Positions 7,573 to 14,559 of a stretch of 33,959 nt of DNA are shown one piece after another; the first letter of the stretch is position 1, and each line of letters starts with the position of its first letter. The translations under genes and the position numbers were made by a program. This stretch comes from a virus. Lineage: Duplodnaviria > Caudoviricetes. The notes below the pieces were generated by a model. That model had not been told where the DNA came from, searched no databases, and saw only the letters and a program-made list of their open reading frames with translations. Location: IMG/VR virus record IMGVR_UViG_3300047564_000773, positions 1-33,959 of that record, one strand, 5' to 3'.

Positions 7573-8030
7573 GCTGGTCTCACTAAGCAGGCTTGGAAGT
7601 AGTCGGTCACAGCGCCAGCATTAGAGACGGTCAAGCTGCCGCCGCTATTCTGGAAGCCGAACAGTTCGATGTAGTCGGTCGAGCCGTTCATGTAGACCAG
7701 GCCGCTGACGGTCAACCCAGTGAACTGAGAACCGTCGAGGGCAACCTGTCCACCGCGAATGTGTTCGCCGCCGTTCTTGTAGATCGACAAGATGGCCACA
7801 CCTGAGGCGGCGGTGGGGAAAGTGAGGCGGGCATTGACTTGGTAATACCCGGCGACCTGCGGTGTGAACCGGAAGTTGGTCGCTGAGTCGTAGGCCGATG
7901 CCGTGTCATACGTCTCAGTGTTGACCTGCAGCTTGGCAAAGCTGTTGTTGGATACGCTCTGGGTCGAACCCATGTGAGCGTAAAAGGCAGGAGCGTTTGG
8001 CACGTTTCCCACTTTCTGTGACTTGCCCAT
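7569..8030 (-). CDS. C1q/TNF-like domain protein (tail-associated, putative receptor binding)
   Basis: PAF.A, YD....YD.....FTP.VAGYYQVN, IYKNG, YMNGSTDYIELF and C-terminal YFQACLV, the C1q jelly-roll pattern; RBS AAGGAG. Confidence 0.8.
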   Translation of the reverse strand: MGKSQKVGNVPNAPAFYAHMGSTQSVSNNSFAKLQVNTETYDTASAYDSATNFRFTPQVAGYYQVNARLTFPTAASGVAILSIYKNGGEHIRGGQVALDGSQFTGLTVSGLVYMNGSTDYIELFGFQNSGGSLTVSNAGAVTDYFQACLVRPA

Positions 8031-8073
8031 CTGGGGCTCCTTTCTTATTTACCGTTATTGAGCCCCATCGGGG

Positions 8074-8093
8074 CGGTTGGTAATTGGACTTAC
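8074..8093 (-). repeat. Intergenic motif copy GTAAGTCCAATTACCAACCG
   Basis: 18/20 identical to 11686-11705. Confidence 0.7.
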
Positions 8094-8452
8094 ACTGCGG
8101 CCTGCTCCCAGGCTTGCGTCGATTCGTTCCAGCTGTACCGCTCACCGTCGGTCGGCATCGGCACAGGCGGCTGCCAGTTGGCATCGTCGTCCAGCGTCCA
8201 GCTCTGATACGGCTGCGGCGGGATGAAGGCATCGCGCACAGCGTTGTAGGTATAGCCGATGCCGGCGTAGTGCTTGCGGAAGTTGCCGTTGTAGCTGGTC
8301 TGCTTCCAGACCGTGTCTACGCCGAAGAGCGACTTGCAGAAGGCTATGCCCGTGTCCTCATTCTCAACACCGTCAAGCAAGCAGTCGTTGTTATGAACCA
8401 CGATCACCTGAGTGACCACGTTGTCCTCATCAAGTTGTGCGAAGTGAGCCAT
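8090..8452 (-). CDS. MAHFA-type tail-fibre-associated protein (possible assembly chaperone)
   Basis: MAHFAQLDE.NVV..VIVV, WKQTSYN..FRK.YAGIGYTY....DAFIPPQP..SW.L....W.PP.PMP; this family typically follows Gly-rich fibre genes in aquatic phages. Confidence 0.8.
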   Translation of the reverse strand: MAHFAQLDEDNVVTQVIVVHNNDCLLDGVENEDTGIAFCKSLFGVDTVWKQTSYNGNFRKHYAGIGYTYNAVRDAFIPPQPYQSWTLDDDANWQPPVPMPTDGERYSWNESTQAWEQAAV

Positions 8453-8460
8453 GTCGTACC

Positions 8461-9669
8461 TTAGAACGTGATCGAACCGGAGCTAGTCCATTTGTAAATA
8501 CGGTAGCCACCAGAGACTGTGATTGTTGGAGAGCCGGTAGTTGACACCGCAGCGTTGTCTGCGTCTGAGTAACGAATGATGACGATACCAGAGCCACCAG
8601 CCGAACCGCTGGCTCGACCACCGCCGCCGCCCCCGCCTGTGTTAGCTGTTCCTGCTGTTGAGTTGATGGTGCCAGTGGCTTGCCCTCCATCACCACCACC
8701 GCCAGCACCTCCAAGCCCTCTGATGCCCGCCGCGCCTTCAGCTGCGCCGCCACCGCCGCCTGCATAAGTTACGCTGCTACCGGAAATGCTTGATGCTGTT
8801 CCGCCTCCACCGTTACCTGCATTTGGATTAACAGCAGTACCTCCAACTGCGCCTGCTCCGCCTCCACCGCCAGAGCCTTCCTGCGTACTTACAGTTGACC
8901 CGTTTCCTCCATTATTCCCTTGGGATGGCGATGTGGATGGTGTGTTTCCTGCGCCGCCAACACCGCTTACCCGTCTGCCACCGCCGCCAGAGCCGCCAGA
9001 AGCGCCATCCATAGTGCTGACTGATCCACCACCGCCACCGCCGTTAGCGGTAATCGTGCTAAACACAGAATTAGAGCCCGTACCGCCTTTGGAGGAGCCG
9101 CTACTGCTACCACTACCGCCACCGCCAACAGTAACTGTGATTGCGGAGCCAGCCGTAACAGAAAAACCTGATGCAGTTCTAAATCCCCCAGCACCGCCGC
9201 CACCGCCCGTGTCATAACCACCACCTCCACCGCCCGCAACCACAAGGTATTCAACGGTCGAGGGGGCGGTTGGGTTCGGGGTCACACTATTTGATGCAGA
9301 ACTTGCCGCGCCTGTGCCGATTGCATTGGTCGCAGTCACGGTGAACGTGTACGCTGTGCCGTTCGTTAGGCCTGTGACCGTGATCGGCGATGAGCTGCCA
9401 GTAGCAATAATGCCGCCTGGGTTGGATGTCACTGTGTATTGTGTGATCGGACTTCCACCGTCGCTTGGCGCGGTAAAAGTTACAGTCGCCCGTCCACCTG
9501 CAGCAGTAGCAGATACGCTTGTTGGTGCGCCAGGCACGGCTGCCGCAGCAGGCCACGCGCTGGCGTTCTTCCAGCGAGCTTGTTCAAATAGCGTCCAGAT
9601 ACCAGACGCAACGGAAGTGGTCGGCGTGTTTGCTACGCCGAACACGCCGCCAGTTCCTTTGCGAGCCAT
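8461..9669 (-). CDS. Tail fibre/spike component: fibronectin type III domain plus glycine-rich domain
   Basis: FN3 signature PGAPT.V.AT....ATVTFTAP.DGGSPIT.YTVT...TVTGLTNGTAYTFTVTATNAIGTG, then VEYLVVAGGGGGG...GGSGIVIIRY glycine-rich domain. Confidence 0.85.
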   Translation of the reverse strand: MARKGTGGVFGVANTPTTSVASGIWTLFEQARWKNASAWPAAAAVPGAPTSVSATAAGGRATVTFTAPSDGGSPITQYTVTSNPGGIIATGSSSPITVTGLTNGTAYTFTVTATNAIGTGAASSASNSVTPNPTAPSTVEYLVVAGGGGGGYDTGGGGGAGGFRTASGFSVTAGSAITVTVGGGGSGSSSGSSKGGTGSNSVFSTITANGGGGGGSVSTMDGASGGSGGGGRRVSGVGGAGNTPSTSPSQGNNGGNGSTVSTQEGSGGGGGAGAVGGTAVNPNAGNGGGGTASSISGSSVTYAGGGGGAAEGAAGIRGLGGAGGGGDGGQATGTINSTAGTANTGGGGGGGRASGSAGGSGIVIIRYSDADNAAVSTTGSPTITVSGGYRIYKWTSSGSITF

Positions 9670-10023
9670 TTAGCTGATCTCCTCATAACTGCAGATTGCT
9701 TCGAGCTTGCTTGCGGTGTTAGCCGTCAAGCGCAAGCTGTCGCCCTCTTCCAAGTAGATCGACTTGCTGATGACATCCAGCGACGCATCTGCTGGCACGG
9801 TGATCGTGCTGCCGAGCCTGTACGCGGTGCTGCTGCGGAATAGGTCGACCGTAATTTCGTATGCTGTAGTGCCGTCGATGTTGGACACATACAGTGCATT
9901 GACCTTGAACACCTTGTTACTGCCTGAACTGTTGGTGACGATCGCCGTGGCCGAGGTGCCGACGGCTTGTACAGCAGTCTTCCCGGTGATGGTGGCGACG
10001 TTGACTACGTTAGGTGCTGCCAT
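9670..10023 (-). CDS. Tail-fibre connector/hinge-type beta protein
   Basis: MAAPN.VNV.TI.GKT ... VPADASLDVI.K.IYLEEGDSL ... SYEEIS; typically follows fibres ending in KAIAM.IVFG. Confidence 0.75.
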   Translation of the reverse strand: MAAPNVVNVATITGKTAVQAVGTSATAIVTNSSGSNKVFKVNALYVSNIDGTTAYEITVDLFRSSTAYRLGSTITVPADASLDVISKSIYLEEGDSLRLTANTASKLEAICSYEEIS

Positions 10024-10025
10024 GA

Positions 10026-11672
10026 TTAACCTCCGAAAACAATTGTCATTGCGATGGCCTTACCGGTCGTTGTTGCACCTGGGAAGGTCTGGCCAGCGTT
10101 AAAAGTAATGTTCCCAGTCATCGTGCCGCCGGTTGTTGGCAGCGCACCGACATCTGCAGCCGTCACCGAGCCGACAGCCTTGAACGTCAGGATGCGCACT
10201 TCGTCATCCAGCGTCAGCGCGGTGGTGAAGGTGATCGACGTGCCGTTGGTCGCGGTGTACTCGTCGCTGTACAGCAGCGCACCGTTGACCCAGACGTAGG
10301 TGAAGCCAATCCGGTAGCCGCCGGTGAACGTGTAGCTGGTCTGGCCTGCCGTGGCCTTGAAGCTCTTTTCGACAGTCAGATCCGGCAGGGTCGGCAGCGC
10401 CTGCCAGGCCGAGCCGGTGTAGACCCGCATCTCGTTGGCTGCGCTGTTGAAATACAGCGCACCGGTCAGCAGGGCATTGCCGTCGTTGTCGAGCGTCGGG
10501 TTGCTGGTCTTCGCGCCCAGGTACCGATCGTCGAAGCTGTCATAGCTTGCAGCTGCAGCAGATGCCGAACTGGCTGCAGCAGTCTCGCTGGCGGCAGCTG
10601 CGGTCGCGCTGTTGGAAGCATTGGTCGCGCTGGTGCTTGCCGAGCTCGCAGAGTTGGAAGCGTTGGTCGCACTGGTTGATGCGTTGCTGGCCGAGGTTGA
10701 GGCCGACGATGCGGAGCTCGAGGCGTTGCTGGCCGACGTGCTGGCAGAGCTCGCGCTGTTCGACGCATTGGTCGCCGATGTTGCTGCAGCGGTTGCACTG
10801 TTGCCGGCGTTGGTTGCCGCCGTGCTGGCAGTCGTTGCCGCGCTCGAGGCGGTCGAAGCAGAGCTCGCTGCATTGGTTGCGGACGTTGATGCGTTAGACG
10901 CTGCGGTACTTGCAGTACTGGCCGAGCTAGAAGCATTGGATGCCGAGGTCGAAGCGTTTGATGCGCTGGTTGCTGCAGCCGATGCAGAGGAGGCCGCGTT
11001 GCTTGCCGAGGTCGAAGCAGAGGCAGCATCCACCAGCAGCGTCCACTTGGCGCTGTCGGTGTTGGTGTTGATCGGCTGCGAACCGGTCGAGGTATGCTGG
11101 ACGATACACTGCCAGATGTTGTTGTTGGTGGTGTCTTTGACGATGTCTCGGACGTAGTACAGCGTGCTCGCTGCCCAGTTGCCGCGGTTGGTTCCCAGCG
11201 TGTCAGCGATAGCAGGGTTGCCGTTGGCATCGAAGCCGAGCGCTTTGTTTGCACGCAGCGCTGCTCGAGGCAGGATCATGTTGATCGTGGTCGGGTCAGT
11301 CTGCGGTGCAGACAGCGCACGCGCCAGACCTTCGGCATTCTGCTGCGCAAAGATCGTCTGCTGATCCAGCTCGTCGTTCAGCGTGTTGGCGAAGAAGTCG
11401 CCACCGGTCACAAAGTCCGTGGTGCGCTGGATCGTCCGGTTGCCGACGATGGCGATCTGCGTCGCACCGGTCGGCGATGCCGTCAGCGTCACGCTGCCGG
11501 TGCCGTTGCTGTTGATCGTCACCGTGTAGTCGGTGGTCAGCGTCAGCAGCGCGTCGTCCTTGTAGACCGATATGTCGGTCGCCGCCAGGATCTCGAACGT
11601 GAACGCATACGGGCCTGTGCCTGAAGCGGCAAAGACCACACGCCTTGTCACATTGTTAATTGGTACGCCCAT
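10026..11672 (-). CDS. Tail fibre protein
   Basis: N-terminal podovirus tail-attachment-like domain (GPYAFTFEI..ATDI.VY, DFVTGGDF.ANTLNDELD), Ser/Ala/Thr/Asn heptad stalk, FDDRYLGAK..PTLDNDG..L..GALYF segment and C-terminal TTGKAIAMTIVFGG. Confidence 0.88.
   Translation of the reverse strand: MGVPINNVTRRVVFAASGTGPYAFTFEILAATDISVYKDDALLTLTTDYTVTINSNGTGSVTLTASPTGATQIAIVGNRTIQRTTDFVTGGDFFANTLNDELDQQTIFAQQNAEGLARALSAPQTDPTTINMILPRAALRANKALGFDANGNPAIADTLGTNRGNWAASTLYYVRDIVKDTTNNNIWQCIVQHTSTGSQPINTNTDSAKWTLLVDAASASTSASNAASSASAAATSASNASTSASNASSSASTASTAASNASTSATNAASSASTASSAATTASTAATNAGNSATAAATSATNASNSASSASTSASNASSSASSASTSASNASTSATNASNSASSASTSATNASNSATAAAASETAAASSASAAAASYDSFDDRYLGAKTSNPTLDNDGNALLTGALYFNSAANEMRVYTGSAWQALPTLPDLTVEKSFKATAGQTSYTFTGGYRIGFTYVWVNGALLYSDEYTATNGTSITFTTALTLDDEVRILTFKAVGSVTAADVGALPTTGGTMTGNITFNAGQTFPGATTTGKAIAMTIVFGG
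10545..11030 (-). repeat. Degenerate 21-nt (7-aa) tandem repeats in the tail-fibre stalk
   Basis: Protein repeats ASNASTS/ASNASSS/ATNASNS/ASSASTS. Confidence 0.8.
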
Positions 11673-11685
11673 GTCTCAATCCTTC

Positions 11686-11705
11686 CGGTTGGAAATTGTA
11701 CTTAC
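11686..11705 (-). repeat. Intergenic motif copy GTAAGTACAATTTCCAACCG
   Basis: 18/20 identical to 8074-8093; lies in the 34-nt gap before the tail-fibre gene. Confidence 0.7.
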
Positions 11706-11706
11706 G

Positions 11707-14559
11707 TCAATCGGGTTTGTAATACAGTCCGTTTGCTTTGCGCAGCTCCTCAAGCTCGTCGATCTTGATCTGCAGCGTCGGGTCTTCCTGCAATAGTTGT
11801 TTCTTGGCCATGTCCATGAACTGCGAGTGAACGCGCTGAATGGTTTTCTGCTGATCATCCAGCGTCATTAGGTCAAAGCCTGGCGTCAGGATGGTCTGCA
11901 GGATGGCGTCCTTGGCTGGCAGCTCTTTGCCGTAGATAGTCAGCAGCCGGTTGTACTGCACCGCATCCATCTCCACGCCCTGCAGCTTGCGCTCCGGCAT
12001 CCCGACCGGGGAGCCCAGGCGCACCAGGGCGTCATCCACCTCGCTGAACTGCGACGGGCTGACCTTGGTCGGCAGCACGATCTCGAGCGGGTTGCCGCGT
12101 GACTGCAGCACCGGGTCACCCCACAGGTTGAGCTGCTCGGGCAGCGCCTCGCTGAAGTAGGGCAGGCGGCTGCGGTAGCGGTTGAAAGCCTCGACAAAGC
12201 CACGCACGCCCATCGGGAGCTCGGGGCTGGCACGCGGGTCACGCGCTGCCGGGTCGTACAGACGCTCGATGCCGGCGACGATGGAGCTCGTTCCAGGCAT
12301 CGGCGAGCCGCCGATCGCAAACGCACCGAACTGCTTGGCCAGACCGTCGACGATTTTCTTGCCGTCCACCTGGCCCTGCTGGTTGGTGCCGATCAGCTTG
12401 GCCACATCGGCCACGCCCTGCAGATACGGCTGCTCCTTCAGGTATTCGTACAGGCCATAGGTTGCGCCGAGGAAAACCTCCTCGACCTTACTGGCGTCCG
12501 GCTCATGCTTGGCGTACTCGGCATAGTCAGCAGCGATCGCCATCAGCGCCGAGACCGGTTCCATGCCTGAGTAGCTGTACCAGGTGTCGCCGACCTTCAT
12601 GCTGTACGGCTGCCAGCCATCGCGCATCGCAGCCTCGCGGTCAGCCTTGCGCTCTGGGCCGCGTCCGGTCAGATGACCCTCGGATGCCAGCATGGCGAAC
12701 GTCGCCAACATGCTTGAGCCCAGCGTCACCTTGGCCAGCGCCATGTCGCGCTGGATGCCGCCGGCTGCAACCTCGTCGCGGAAGCGGGAGGAGAGCGGGG
12801 CGAACGGCGTGCGCTCGACCACGTTCAGCCCGATGTTGGCCGGCGTCTTGAAGAATGGCACCACGACCTTGAGCGCCGGGTGGTTGAAGACATTCTGCAG
12901 CTTGGCTAGGGCTGGGGGCAGGTCGGCAGTAAACGTGCCGCGCTTGGCAAACTCGAGCGCTGCCTCGTCCAGATCCCGCGGCGGGTTGGCCAGCAGGCTG
13001 GCCGCTTCCACCTCGGCCTTGGCGATCGCCTCGGCCTCACTCAGGCCGGCGTCCAGTGCATCCCGATAAGTCGACTTGGCACGGCGGGTCACCTGGGCGT
13101 TGATCTCCATGCGGTACATCACGCCCTTGAAAAACTCATCCTCGGACATGAGCGCACGACCAGGCAGGGTGACAGCGGTGCCGTAGTAGTCCAGCCCCTT
13201 GCCGAACCATGAGCTCTGGTCGGCACCGGTCATGCGCTGCAGGGTCTCGCCCAGGCCTTCGGTCGGCGCACGATCCAGCTCAACCTTGCTGGCCAGATCC
13301 ATCTGCGGCTGGTTCTTGCGGAAGGCGGTTGATGCCAGGTCGAAGCCTTCGATCAGACCGTTGCGCAGCGACTGCACCATCGTCAGCGCTTCGTCCATCG
13401 CCAGCTTCTCATCAGCTGCACCAGGCACCAGCGACTTCCAGCTGCGCACACCAGCCGGCAGGGTGTTGGAATAGATCGATGCGATTAGCCGCTCGGGGAT
13501 CTGATACGCACCGAACATGGCATTCGAGACAATGTTCTTGGCGTGCGAGACCGGCGAGGAGAGCAGGCCGTTGATGTAGGTCGTGAACCAGACATCCTTG
13601 ACGCCGGACATCATCGAAGCCTCGACCAGCTTGTTCTTGCCGGCGCGGGTCTCGATGGACAGGTACGAACGCGCCAGGTCGGTCAGCGACTGGTCGCCAC
13701 CGTACTCGTCCAGCGTCTTGCGAATGATGTCTGCGTTGCCCTCACGCGGGATGCGGAAGACAGCCAGAGCTCGAGCGGTTTCGGTCTGGATACCCTTGAC
13801 GCCTTTCTGGATCAGGCCGTGCAGGGCGATCTGCTGCCGCAGCTTCAGCTTGTCGATGTCGGTTGCAGCACCCGAGTCGACCAGCTTGAACAGCTTGTCG
13901 AGTTCGTTGGCCGACGACTCCAGCACCTCGAGCGCCTTGTAGGTCTCGACAGCGTTGGCCATCATCTTTCCGTCGGTGCCGATCAGCCGGTTCAGGAATA
14001 CTTCATCGATGCCAGAGTCGGCAGCCTTGGCCTTGATCTCGTCGAACGTGACCGCCTTGGTCTTGATCTTTAGCGCGTCGGCCACGCCACCGATGACAGC
14101 AGCTGCGTCGTCGGTCTGGTAGCGGGGCAGGTTAAATGCCTCTTCAGGGATGCCAGCGGCTCTCTCAGCTGCGCTGACGCTCGGCTTACCCTTCACATTG
14201 CCCGTCGCCTTGCGGGCCTCTGTGGCCTGTTTAACGGCGTCTGTGAGGGTCTGGCTGGCCTCGGGGATTACAGTTCTAGTGCCGACCCTGCCGGTCGGTG
14301 GCAGGGCGTCGTCAGCAGCGCGTGCCGCCTCCGGCACCAGGTTGCGCGTCGCCTTCGGGCTTGCTTCGCGCAGGGTCTTGCGGATGACAGAGCCCAGGCC
14401 GGCAACCTGCATACCGTCCATCGACGGTGTGCCAGGCTCTACTGCCGTCTGAAGATCTGGGGTTGCCATACCCTCGGCGGGCATCGGCTCAAGCGGTAGC
14501 TGTCCAGTCGGGGCTGGTGGGATCAGCTGGTCGAGGCGCTGGTCTAGGTTGTCGGCCAT
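11707..14559 (-). CDS. Large internal virion (ejection) protein, T7 gp16-position analogue
   Basis: About 950-aa helical protein between the other ejection genes and the tail fibre; INGLLSSP.SH..N, EDEFFK, PFFKTPANI and GWQPYS..VG..W.SY...EP motifs are typical of this class. ATG 14559 overlaps the upstream TGA. Confidence 0.8.
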   Translation of the reverse strand: MADNLDQRLDQLIPPAPTGQLPLEPMPAEGMATPDLQTAVEPGTPSMDGMQVAGLGSVIRKTLREASPKATRNLVPEAARAADDALPPTGRVGTRTVIPEASQTLTDAVKQATEARKATGNVKGKPSVSAAERAAGIPEEAFNLPRYQTDDAAAVIGGVADALKIKTKAVTFDEIKAKAADSGIDEVFLNRLIGTDGKMMANAVETYKALEVLESSANELDKLFKLVDSGAATDIDKLKLRQQIALHGLIQKGVKGIQTETARALAVFRIPREGNADIIRKTLDEYGGDQSLTDLARSYLSIETRAGKNKLVEASMMSGVKDVWFTTYINGLLSSPVSHAKNIVSNAMFGAYQIPERLIASIYSNTLPAGVRSWKSLVPGAADEKLAMDEALTMVQSLRNGLIEGFDLASTAFRKNQPQMDLASKVELDRAPTEGLGETLQRMTGADQSSWFGKGLDYYGTAVTLPGRALMSEDEFFKGVMYRMEINAQVTRRAKSTYRDALDAGLSEAEAIAKAEVEAASLLANPPRDLDEAALEFAKRGTFTADLPPALAKLQNVFNHPALKVVVPFFKTPANIGLNVVERTPFAPLSSRFRDEVAAGGIQRDMALAKVTLGSSMLATFAMLASEGHLTGRGPERKADREAAMRDGWQPYSMKVGDTWYSYSGMEPVSALMAIAADYAEYAKHEPDASKVEEVFLGATYGLYEYLKEQPYLQGVADVAKLIGTNQQGQVDGKKIVDGLAKQFGAFAIGGSPMPGTSSIVAGIERLYDPAARDPRASPELPMGVRGFVEAFNRYRSRLPYFSEALPEQLNLWGDPVLQSRGNPLEIVLPTKVSPSQFSEVDDALVRLGSPVGMPERKLQGVEMDAVQYNRLLTIYGKELPAKDAILQTILTPGFDLMTLDDQQKTIQRVHSQFMDMAKKQLLQEDPTLQIKIDELEELRKANGLYYKPD

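Noticed and set aside
10545-11030. Tandem repeats as a CRISPR array or DGR template/variable repeats
   Set aside because: They are in-frame degenerate codon repeats for a Ser/Ala stalk, with no unique spacers, no cas genes and no reverse transcriptase.
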